64,000 nucleotides of DNA, from NCBI GenBank assembly GCA_030167865.1, contig JALAGF010004545.1, positions 1 to 64,000 of the forward strand, in the 5' to 3' direction. The notes beneath the pieces are model-generated. The model saw only the letters and a list, made by a program, of their open reading frames with translations, was not told the origin of the DNA and made no database searches. Shown one piece after another: positions 23,987 through 35,283 of the stretch. The translations under genes and the position numbers were made by a program. The stretch comes from Craspedostauros australis (Eukaryota). Positions within the stretch are counted from its first letter, which is position 1. Every line of letters begins with the position of its first letter.

Positions 23987-25607
23987 AAACCAACAACAAC
24001 ACCAACGGCGACGTCAACAGCGGGACGCATTGCCACCGGAGGCTGCAACCTTCCCATTGCGCTTGCACAACCTGCTCAGCACGGCACACTCAGAGGGTTT
24101 CCATCACATTATCGCGTGGAACGAGGATGGCACGGCTTTCAAAATCCATGACTCTGAGGGTTTCGAGACGCAGGTTATGCCACGTCATCTGTCGTCCATG
24201 TCGAAACGAAAGTCGTTCATCAGACAATTAAATCTGTACTGCTTCCAACGCGCGCTCAAAGGCCCAGCAAGCGGTTACTACAGTCATCCGTTGTTCGTGA
24301 GGCATGACAAGGAACTGTGCATGACTATGGTGCTGAAGAAAGTGAAGGGGCGTCGCAAGTCGTCATCCGTTGCCAACAGCGCCGGCCAAGAACTTAGCGC
24401 ATCTACGTCCGCCCAAGAGAATCAGGACGATGAAGCAGCTGCGGCAATTGCAACACCCGGGATGGCTGCGGCAGCAGCCACAGTCACGTCAGAACTGGAA
24501 GTCCAACTCTTCGATACTCCACCCAAAATTGAAACTTCTCCAGGTGCGCCCTTTTCACCGATGGAAAACACGCGCAAGAAGAAGCGGAGGAGCGACTCAC
24601 CGGATAAGGGGGTGGGTGATTGCGACGAAAGTGACGCCCTCGAAAAGTCAGGAGGTGCTGATCTTGACAAGTCTGCATGGGCACCCCACCACGATGACGA
24701 CAACAACGGCGACAACGACATTGGTGCTCTGCTTGGCCCTAGCTTCAAAGCAAAACGGAAGAGCAAACTGACCAGGATAGCATCAGCGTTGCCGCTAGTG
24801 CCAGGGACGACGTTTGCACCATCTCCCATGTCAGTTGGCAATCTTGGAAAGCGCAGTAGCAGGACAAGTCCAACAGCAGCCAAGCATCATGATGACGTTG
24901 AGCATGAAAACTACAGCATCCACGACCACGACGATCCATCGATGAGAAGACATCACTTCGATCAATCGGGTCAATATGAGTGGGGTGAACAGGGTATTCA
25001 CATGAATCACCACGAGCAATATCTTCCCCGGACCCATTACGATGCTTCCTTCGATCCAACATCAACGCCATCGCCTAGAAGACATTATCGTGCGCCTGGC
25101 TCACGCTTGAATGATGCCAGTATCAGAGGCAACAAGAACGGTGCAGCCAGGACAGGTCTTCCTCATCATCATGTCAATGAATATGTTGACAGCGCCGATC
25201 TCCGACACCAGAATCGTCCAAGATTCGACTTTGATCTGCACAGGCCTCCAGAACTTGCGCCCAACGATGTGAAAGGTCCCATGGCTACGAAGCCTCGCCG
25301 ATCTCCTCATCCCAGCCCAAGGCCAAGCTCATTAGTACAAGATGGCCAACAGCCGTCTGCGACGTACTTCTTGCCGGCTGCGTCAGCCTCAAGATATCGG
25401 CCCTCATCAGCCACGAGAACAGCCTCAGATCCCGCCAAGTCCAGCAAGTCCGACTCGCAAGTCCCTCCAACCATGAGTGACGCCCGGCTCTGGTCCTCCA
25501 CATTCGCAGGGAGACGCTTCTTCTCCGTCGACTCTGCTGGGATCCAAAATAGAAGACGAAAGAAGAGTGCCACAGAACCAACAAGAACGAAGGCGGAGCG
25601 CCGGTGA
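23865..25607 (+). CDS. Heat shock factor family transcription factor (HSF-C), 580 aa, with N-terminal polyQ
   Basis: DNA-binding domain TFPLRLHNLL...IIAWNEDGTAFKIHD...SSMSKRKSFIRQLNLYCFQR...YSHPLFVRH at ~24048-24340. First in-frame ATG at 23865. Confidence 0.92.
23952..23987 (+). repeat. CAA/CAG trinucleotide repeat encoding polyQ in HSF-C
   Basis: About 12 consecutive Gln codons read directly. Confidence 0.9.
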
Positions 25608-27966
25608 CACTTGCTTTTGCTTCAGATCTCACGCAGTATCTTCGTCAACAGATGATACGAAGGTTCCGAGGATCCTGAGTCTTGGTCATTTCGCACTGCA
25701 TCAGCTCTAGATGTAGCGACAGGAGTACGGATTCCGCTCCAGGAAGCTTCGGGCAATGCGCAAGCGCTGAGAACACTTTTGTGTCACCTCAGGGGCTACG
25801 ATGTCGTCGCGGTGCACTCATGATGTGCATACCCGTACTCTGTACAGGCTTCAACTCCAGCTATCGATGTGCATGGGCGCTTCCAGCAGGTTGATTTCTT
25901 CTGAGCGGAGTCCGTCCAACCCTGGCAATTCAGCATCTCTGGTCACATCCATCATTGCATTGTCTTGACACTGACATGTCGCGAGAAAGAGAGTTTCAAA
26001 CACCGTTCACTCGACTCCATCCTCGTATGCCGAGATGAGATCAAGCTATTTCTCGGGGGCGCACTGTGGAAGTGGCCACAGCAGGTTGAGAGATTTGGAC
26101 AGATGCATCAACATGTACTTGTGGCCGCGGCTTTCAGGGTTGGTTTTTGGAGATGAGATGGTACCGGCACGAGCAATGTTGTGACGACGGGAAAGAATCA
26201 CGGCTATTGATGGATGGGAACGAAAGTGCGACGTTGTTTCAGGAGACAACGAAAGCATGCATTGCGGCGAGAAACCTCGTGCAAGACGAAGGCAAGTGCT
26301 GCACCATGCCTCGTGCTGTTGCTCTTGCTCGTGCACAACACAGGCTATGTTCCAGACTTCGACGGGCATGCTCTTCATCCGATACCAAGAAAGCCAACGA
26401 CAGCTCTCACGAGAACATGACGGACTGTCTCAGTAGAAGAGTCGCAGAAGCGATCAGCCCACGACATCATATGACGCACTGGGGTTATCCATCCATCCAT
26501 CCATCCATTCTCGCATCTATCAATTGCCAATGATCAGAAATGCTCGATCTCTTGTGGTTCAGTGGAAGCGTGAGGGGCCCCAGCTATTCTAATTCAACAT
26601 AAAACCTTGCTATCCATAGCGCGAACATGCAGAGTGCGCGTACATAGAAAAGCATCGGAATATGAGACATGTCATACATCTCGATACGCACACTGCACGC
26701 TTCCTCTCCCGACTGCCAGTCTTCGTGGCATTCATCCAAAACACCCGCGCCTGTGCTCGTATGCAAGTCGGCAGGCAAGCAATCACAGATGCGTCTGTAG
26801 AAGCATGCGACCAACAATTTGAACAAGTCTTGCCATGCTCGCCGTACCCAGAATTGCCATTGCTGCCACATCTTCACAGTTCTCCTAAAATACAGCTGAT
26901 CCCAATCCGGTACGGCTGGTTCGATGCATGCGTACACCTCATTCGTAGACTCTTGTGTAGGTATGACTGTCACCGAGAAGATTTCCTCGTTGCTGGCTTG
27001 TTGCGAAAGCTCCAGCCAAGGCAACGAAACAGCTCCCGCCCAAGCCATTGCAAAACAAATTTCATCGTCCTTTGCCTCTTGGATCGGCTTCACAGCACTC
27101 GGAACACGATCAAGCAAACATTGGCAGCACCGCCGTCGATGCTGGCCAAGTTTCCCTCGAGTTCTCTTTGGTGCTTCGCATGCGCAACCTGCAGTACTAT
27201 GTCGTTATTGGAACCATGATCATGTGAACGACAGCAGGCACAGAACATAACGGCTGTCATTCCTCCTGTTCGTCCGCTTGGTGACATGCAGGACCAAGAG
27301 TTCGAACACGTGCGTACGGCGCTGTCGGTATGTCACGGTTGTGGCGCGATCCGAATAACTTGTACATCAGAGCAGTTCGCAGAGCAGTTCGCAGAGCAGA
27401 GCAGGACGCTGCGCCTGGCCTCTGGACGAGTGCCACCGGTCAGACACCACCCGGCATTCACGGTTCCCTGGGTGAAGAGCGGCACCAAAATGGCGAATAA
27501 CGTCTTTGGGGAACACTTGCGCTCTGCGTGATTTGTGAAGACTGTGTTCGCCTTCGAGCAACAATAGTAATACCAGCTTGAAAGTACTTCTGCGCGTTTG
27601 TGTTGCATAGTACTTGTTGGTTGTTTGATGTAGCGTAGACGTGATGTATGATATCTTTATTGATGTATATCTCTCGTGGCGCTCTTGTTGAATTGCAGTA
27701 AGAACGAAACCATGTCTGAGATACTCGTTCGCAACCAACACACGAATCCAAAACCACACCAAAAGACGAAAACACAATTCAGCACAGCACAGCACAACAC
27801 AGCACAACACCAAGACAGAATCGCCAGCACCACCAGAAAAAGAGCGCCAAAGGGCTGCCCAACGAATGCCAACAACAGACACGCATTCAGGCGAAGAACA
27901 AAATCCATCACGTCCGGAGCCACCCTTGCGTTCAGCTTCACTCGGAAGCTGGACAGAAGCATCTTC

Positions 27967-29082
27967 ATGCCGACCACCGTGGCTTGGGCAGCCATGCGAC
28001 GGATCGGACGCGGTTCCATTTCCGTAGGAGCTGTGCTGAATTGCGTCATCTGCGTTGGCGGCTTCACCGTCGGTTTAAGCATTGATCGTGCTGGTCGTCA
28101 AAGAGCCGCTATGGCACAGCGTCTTTCATCTCCGTCTTCGCCACCATCTCCAACATCGCCAACAACTTTCTCATTTCCATTGAAATCAACGGACAGCGAT
28201 GATGACAGCGGTGATGATGACGGCAAACACATCATCTTCATCCGACATGGCAGGACGTACATGAATGACTACCTCAACGGCTTCGAGTTCGGAGGGCCGA
28301 ACTTCACAGATGTGTTCCCAGATGAGCCTGAGTATACGGAGAGGTTCTACGACTCGCCCCTCGGTCCGACTGGGTTGGAGCAAACAGAGCGCTTGAACGA
28401 GAGCCTCTCGGACATTGCTCAGATGGGCCTGTCGGAAGAGGATCAGCATCGCCTGCTCAGCCTGGATCTCGTGGTCGTCAGCCCTCTAACACGGGCCCTG
28501 CAGACGATGGAACTCGGGATGCTACCATACCTGAAGAAGCTTCCATCGGCCGTGCCAATCGTGGCGCTCCCAGAAGCAGCAGAGAGGCTGTTCCTGGTTT
28601 CAGACATAGGCAAGACGCGATCCGAGCTGGAAAAGCAGTACAGCTACGTTGACTTCACCACGGGATTCGAAACCGTGGCTGCAGACTCGACGAGCGCTCA
28701 AGCTGGAGACAAGCCGGAGGCGTCGCGAAGTGACGCTCACAGACATTCTCTCCAGCAAGACCACGACCGCAATGCCGAGACTGGTCTGCAAGAACAGTGG
28801 CATTTCACTTTCTCGGAGGAAGCGATCAACAAGTACGAAGAATGGAGACCGCATGGAGACGGGCAGGTTTACGCATGCCCAGGCGAGCCAGAGGCGGACT
28901 TCGACCTACGCATGAACCGACTGCACCGGTGGTTGCGTGATCGGCCAGAACGGAGCATCGCGGTGGTCTGCCATTGGGGTATCATCGACTGGATGATCCA
29001 AGAAAGCTTCGAGAATTGCGAGCTCCGCGTCGTTCCTTTTCCATCACTGAAGCCACGCTCGCTTGAGCAACATGACAAATGA
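27967..29082 (+). CDS. Histidine phosphatase (phosphoglycerate mutase-like) family protein, ~371 aa, possible plastid presequence
   Basis: IIFIRHGRT (RHG motif), DSPLGPTGLEQ, VVVSPLTRALQT, IAVVCHWGII. Start codon uncertain (27967 or a nearby ATG). Confidence 0.85.
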   Translation: MPTTVAWAAMRRIGRGSISVGAVLNCVICVGGFTVGLSIDRAGRQRAAMAQRLSSPSSPPSPTSPTTFSFPLKSTDSDDDSGDDDGKHIIFIRHGRTYMNDYLNGFEFGGPNFTDVFPDEPEYTERFYDSPLGPTGLEQTERLNESLSDIAQMGLSEEDQHRLLSLDLVVVSPLTRALQTMELGMLPYLKKLPSAVPIVALPEAAERLFLVSDIGKTRSELEKQYSYVDFTTGFETVAADSTSAQAGDKPEASRSDAHRHSLQQDHDRNAETGLQEQWHFTFSEEAINKYEEWRPHGDGQVYACPGEPEADFDLRMNRLHRWLRDRPERSIAVVCHWGIIDWMIQESFENCELRVVPFPSLKPRSLEQHDK

Positions 29083-31372
29083 AATGCGTGAATGGATGCA
29101 AGGTATGCATGCATTCAAGGTGCGCAAGTATGCACGGCAGTAATTTGCACGATGTGAGGAGGCAATGTCCACGATGATTGGATTGGTTTTGCAGAAGCAC
29201 TAGCTGACCTTTGATTGTGATTGCAGGATCTCGCGACGATCACGCCGCAGCTGTCAGCAACAGCGTGGACGAGATGTCGCAAGCATCTGGCGACGGGCGA
29301 TTGACGTTGATGTTACCCAAGATGACGATACTACTCGTTTACCCATGCGGCGCCCCAGCGCGTTCATAGAAGATCTCTCCCTGCTGTTAAAGTCCGATTT
29401 CAGATGTATCTACTCGACGAGCATGCATTCCGTTGCACCAGTACTGCAATCAATGCGGATACTGATACGGATATTGTATCACCGTGCACTCCCCATGATC
29501 GCAGTGGTTGACCTTGCATCGTGAGTGACAGCCGATGATGTTGCTCCCATGGTACCAGAACGCCCATTTCGTCGACTCTCCGATCCATCATCTTCCTCAC
29601 GCGCACCTCTTTCGCCTCATGGCAGCGGCAACAAACATCAAGCGGTGTCGCTACAGATAGAGGACGAGCCAGAGTACTCAGATGGTGTCATCGCCTACAA
29701 AAGAAGCCAAGGTGTGACATCGGGAGCACCATAACCTCTTTGAGCTACCACGTCGGTCGACACTCTACTGTGCTCCACTCGAGGCGAAGATCGTACTCAA
29801 TGAACACTTGCGTCACTCGCCTCACACTTGGGAACAGCTTGCCCCACCAAGTCAAGTACGATCTACGACACGTTCGGCGCTCTTCGCACGTCGCAACGCA
29901 CGAAGGTCAGAAATCCACCATGACCACCCCACGCCTTGCACCGGCACCACAGCCAATACCACAACCATAATTGTCAATACCGGTGGGATGTGCGCACTTG
30001 TATCGTGCTGTGTGGCCACCGTAACAAACCTACTGCCAGACGTACATCTATTCGATGAGTTGATTGAATTTGTCCACAGACGAACATGTCTAAGGAACGT
30101 CATCCATTCTTCCCGCGGCGATAGCGAACGAGGGAACATTCACAAGGTTCTTGGTGCTAGCGCTGATGCGCCTGCCGTGATGCATCACCCGGAGTTTACT
30201 AAGTAAGGTGTCGGGACAGAGAGACTGATTGCACCCCCAACGGCGAGGAGAACGAACCTTTCCTTGGATACGGGAATGGAGGTGAAGCGAAATGGTTCTC
30301 TCTTGCCTGGGCGATGATACTTTGTTGTGGTATCATTGCGAAAGAAAGGAAACTGTGGTGAGCACGTGCCAAGGATGGTTGCTATATTTTTTTGTGATAC
30401 CGATCTGGTCACGATCAGTTAAATTGAGTGGGTGCCGGTGGCGATATGTTTGGCCTTGTTTCGAACACGCTCGGATGAGGTTGCAGCCATTCGTGTGTCG
30501 TCCATCGACACTCGTGGACAATCTCCGCTGCCTTGTCATCGCCTTTCGTTTATTGGAAGCGTTGTGCGCTCACCCGCTCCAATCATACTCGTGCTTCGTG
30601 TTCTTGTGGTGCCAAGTGATCGATACTCCACCCAAAAAGATGTTCTGGTCCCGTGGTTCAATCGGCGATCGACAACCACTCACGATCGTACGAGTACGTT
30701 GTGCGACAGTAGGCCGAGTATGGGAAAGTGCGGAACAGTGTGGCCTCAGCCAAGGGGACGAAACGTGGAGCGGAGGTTTATGGGTCAGCCTGTGCACACA
30801 GTACCATCCACCATGCGCACAACATCTCGTCAAGAGGTGGCAGAATTCGCAGCCGGCTGTCCACCCCTTGCGCGTGCACGAACTGTTTGTGCCTGCCGGA
30901 GCAGAACACGATCTATACACGTGATATCACCCCTGCCACCTCTTACCGCACCATACAACCAGTATCGCTACAAACAAGTAGCTCGTATGTACCACACGGA
31001 TACGCTGCTTCTGCTCACTCTGTCCCACTCCCTCACTCACTCAGCGCCTCTTTCGCATATTCACGCTCGATCAACCAACTGCAGAGGGTCAAGTTCAATC
31101 ACCCTCTGCGCGGCAGCATCAATTCATTTGTGGTTTGTCGAAGCCAGCGCCATCTTGCGTTGTCTTGTGCGACCTTGTCCAACGAATCTCCGCGCAAAGC
31201 AACCAAAAGCACCCAAAGGCGCTCCTCCGAAACTACACTGCGCTCGCACCAAAAGCAAACAACCCCAACAGACACCACGAACGCACGCACTTTTGGAAAA
31301 AATTAGCGCGTAAAGCGTTGCATACCATAATATAGTATTATACGTAGCATAGTGCGGCAGCGCTGCGAAGCC

Positions 31373-33247
31373 ATGGGGCAACCGAGTGGCAACGACTTCT
31401 GGATCGGCAAAGAAGAAAGCCCACGACGAAATGCTGAGGATAGTGCCAATCAGGAGAGATTAGAGACGGCAACGATGGCAACGATGGCAACACCGCCAGG
31501 ACATGACGACCGCAGTGTGGTTGCTGACACTGCACCGACATCAGCATCAACAGTAGCAGCAGCGGCAGCGGCGACGGCGACGGTAGCACCACCACCTGCT
31601 GGAGGAATGGAGAGCACGGCCTTCCCGTACAAGTTGCATGACCTGCTTGAAGCGGCAGACTACGAAGGGTTCGAGAACATCATCAGCTGGCTTCCTGGCA
31701 ACAAATCCTTCAAGGTCCACGACAGCAAGACGTTCGAGATCAAGATCATACCCAGGTACCTCTCCTCCATGTCCAAGTACAAGTCGTTCATCCGCCAGCT
31801 CAACCTCTACTGCTTCGAGCGCGAGACCAAAGGGCCCGACAGAGGATCGTACCAGCATCCCCGATTCGTGAGAGGAGAGCGTGATTTGTGCGTCGGCATG
31901 GTGCCCATCAAGTTCAAGGGTGGCGTGTCCAGACAACCAAAGAACACAGCTTCGGTCGCTGCCTCTCGAGCCAGCAGCGCCGCTAAAGGCAGCACAAAGC
32001 GTCACACTGCGACGGGCTCGACGCAGCTTGCCCCGGCTCATATCCGAGTCGACGAAGCAACGCATGGTACCAGCAGTGATAGATACGATCGATTCGATGA
32101 CGGAAGTAGCTTCGGCTATCGCGATGGACGCAGCCTTGCCAACTTTGATAGCAGTCGCGATGGCCGAGGCGGCCCTACTCATACGACGAACATACCCACA
32201 TCGCCGATCCCTGTTCCATCACGGTACGCATCTCCAACAAAGGGCTACTTTGGCCACGACATGCCACGCACAGAGACCGAGGCCGATCGCTCGCGAGCAC
32301 CTCGCGCCTCCATCTTCCATTTCGAGGAGGATGGAAGTTACGGCGATGTGCCTCATCGCAGTCGCGATCGTGATCGGCATCAACATCCACATGATCGGTA
32401 TCAACATGATCGCGATGCAAGGTACGGCCGAAGACGAAGCGAAGTCTCCAATGAGGGACACAGCTCCGCCATCAACGACAGCGATCGTGTTGAAGCTGCC
32501 GAACCTCGATACATGCCGGATGATGCGCGGACCAACAATAGTGCTGATGGACACGTGATACATGGAAGAGAAGGTGGAAGGAAGGACTATGATGAGGTGT
32601 ATCCGCAGGATGGACCTCGGTATCAGGACGATTTCGCGCGTGCACACAGCAACAACGACGGCGCGGCAATGCCATTCGATCCATCTCAAGCAGGAGGACA
32701 CACGCCAGCATCTGCGTCTCCGCCATCACCGTCTCGGTCGCCGCTGCGATCCGGCAGCAGGAGAGAGAGAGATGAGGCGATGCCTCACGGAGGGGACGAT
32801 TTTCATTCGGCCGACAGCGCCCACCCGCCCGCCTACAAGTACGACTATCAACACCAAAACAGATCTCAAGGCTGGTATCTACCTCCGCCTGGTTACGAAC
32901 ATCAGCAACAACACCATGATCACTACGAGCGCCACCAGCAGCACTACCAATACCAACCATACCGAGGCGAGTATCAGTCGAATGCAAACGCACAAGCACA
33001 AACACAAGCACAAGCACAAGCATATCCGCCTCCGTATCCACACGATGCGCAACACGCTTGGCATCCGCAGCAAGGTCAGCTGCACTATGGTCAGCATCGG
33101 CCGTACTATCCGCAACCTCCATATCCACATGCCTACCCGGCATACCACCACATGCCATCAAGTCTACCCCCATCATCGGGTTATTACCCTCCGGCGGCAT
33201 ATCCGGCAGGACACGCAGGCTCCTCTGGGGCTGTTGCTGCCGCGTGA
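31373..33247 (+). CDS. Heat shock factor family transcription factor (HSF-D), 624 aa to the first stop, with a Y/P/Q/H-rich C-terminal region
   Basis: DNA-binding domain AFPYKLHDLL...IISWLPGNKSFKVHD...SSMSKYKSFIRQLNLYCFER...YQHPRFVRG at ~31619-31915. The 3' end is uncertain (see findings). Confidence 0.92.
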   Translation: MGQPSGNDFWIGKEESPRRNAEDSANQERLETATMATMATPPGHDDRSVVADTAPTSASTVAAAAAATATVAPPPAGGMESTAFPYKLHDLLEAADYEGFENIISWLPGNKSFKVHDSKTFEIKIIPRYLSSMSKYKSFIRQLNLYCFERETKGPDRGSYQHPRFVRGERDLCVGMVPIKFKGGVSRQPKNTASVAASRASSAAKGSTKRHTATGSTQLAPAHIRVDEATHGTSSDRYDRFDDGSSFGYRDGRSLANFDSSRDGRGGPTHTTNIPTSPIPVPSRYASPTKGYFGHDMPRTETEADRSRAPRASIFHFEEDGSYGDVPHRSRDRDRHQHPHDRYQHDRDARYGRRRSEVSNEGHSSAINDSDRVEAAEPRYMPDDARTNNSADGHVIHGREGGRKDYDEVYPQDGPRYQDDFARAHSNNDGAAMPFDPSQAGGHTPASASPPSPSRSPLRSGSRRERDEAMPHGGDDFHSADSAHPPAYKYDYQHQNRSQGWYLPPPGYEHQQQHHDHYERHQQHYQYQPYRGEYQSNANAQAQTQAQAQAYPPPYPHDAQHAWHPQQGQLHYGQHRPYYPQPPYPHAYPAYHHMPSSLPPSSGYYPPAAYPAGHAGSSGAVAAA

Positions 33248-35283
33248 TGGGGGCAGGGCGCTGTGCAATCTGATGCGGCAGCCGATCCAACCAAGTACGG
33301 CGGGGTGCAGCATCGTGACCATGACGGCCACGATGATGACAATCGCAAGCACCACCCTGCCGCAGGATCAGGCTTGAGACATGCGTTCAGGAATGCACAG
33401 AACGGCGACGGAAGCGACACAGCGACGCAGCCGTGGCACGATCAGTGGTTTGGCAGTAGGGGAGGCGGCAACGATCGCGAGGCTGATCCCGACATGCGAC
33501 AGCAGTTCGCGCCTCCTGCATCCATGTCACCACTAACTGTACGGTCCTCGGAACCAAACACTGAAAATCGCAGCAGAACACCACCACAGCGCCCGTCATA
33601 GCAAGAGGCGGACAGATAGCCACACCCATCTACGCATCCATACCTGTGCCTGCGTACGTATAATATGCGTACCTACGTAGGTAGGGACGTAGGAACAGCC
33701 AACACTGCCAACAACGGCAAGAGCAGCAAGAACAGCAATGGCAGCAGCACACGGCAGTCCAGAGACAACCGCGTTCGAAGGAAGACGCCGATGAAGAGAT
33801 TGGTTGACTCAGAGCAACAGTTGATGTTAATGAAGAATATAGCAGTAGCAACAGTAGAAGTATGCACCATTGCACCCGTACAGAGTTCTGTGGCATTCTG
33901 TGTCCATCCATGCGCAAGGCACTCTTCAGGAGGCAGCTTGATGGTGATGCCGCTGATACCATGTGTGCGCTTGTGTGTTTGCGCGTCTGTGCAAGTGTGA
34001 TTGTTCATGCAATGAACGGTGGATGGATGGATGGATCCCGCGGTCTGAAACTAGTCCGTTCAGAATTGGCCTTGTGCTCTGCTCTGGAGTATTAGCAAGA
34101 TCAATACGATCGCTATAAGGTGGAGTGCCAGCGCCATCTTCGTGCATACCACGCATTCTGGTGTTGGAACATTCAATCCGTTGTGTTTCCTCGGCCGCTG
34201 CGTATCACATCAACGGCATCCATCAGGAGGGCACGAACGACTACAGTCACCACATCGGCGCTCTCTTGACGATCACTTATCTAGCACTCGAGATTTAAGA
34301 GATGTGGTAGAACAGTCGTGAGATTTATCGACCATTTTTGTGACGTGTGGGCAAAGATAGCATTCAAACAAACGCGCAAACAAAGAGACGAAGACAGCCG
34401 TGGGGATCCGCGCGGTTCGACAAGCCGCATCATGGCTGCACATCTTCGGTCTGGATGGACGAGCCAGTCAAGGCTCTTCATTCTTTCGGCGAGTTGGTGC
34501 ATGGTTGGCCTCTTCGCTCTGCCGGTGTCCATGAAGTACCGCCCCTGCGCGACACTTCCAAGAAGCAGATCATTGTTCCTTATTTCGTCACCATGATGCA
34601 CGCCTTGATCGTGGTTTTGGTTGAGCACAACTGAAAATGTGAGAGGTTCGCACATTCCTCGCACCAAAAACCGGCACTTTACAAGCGCGTCCCAGTTTCG
34701 TTTTCACGAACAGTCGTCCAAAAACTGTAGTTGCAGCAGTATTGATAGAATAAACCATATGGCCGCACCTCCCAAAAGTCTGAGGATGTCTGGTCGAAAG
34801 CAAGACCCGGACGATAACAACACCATCGACGTCATCGTCAGCCATCAACCAACTCTACTTGGAATGTCACGAATATCATCATCGTGCGATACACGCAGAG
34901 GGCCATCTGCACGGTACTGTACGAAACATCAGTTCCTCCTAAAGAGTGATGTTCCTATTTCTTGTTTATCCTTTTTGTCGTTTCTTTCCAGTTTACAAAT
35001 ATTTCTCTCGCTTCTGCCAACCGGCAATGTCATCCAAAAGGTTCGGCGCATGTCACCACGTGAGTAGTACAGTTTATTCCCAATCGCAACTGCGGCTGCA
35101 ATGCATTCTTTTCAATTCATTTTGTTCACTCTTCCATTCGTTCGTGTATTTGTCTATTCAGTGTCGACATGTGCCCCCAATTTGATCACGCTCAGTAGTA
35201 GCAGACGTTCCAGATCATTCATTCATTCATCCATTCACCTATCGATGGTTGGTTTGGATGTCAGTGGCGGAGAGCCGCTGCGT

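Noticed and set aside
30432..31313. 293 aa ORF upstream of HSF-D, and other 100-250 aa ORFs in the HSF spacers
   Set aside because: No recognisable domain or codon bias; composition matches UTR or intergenic sequence.
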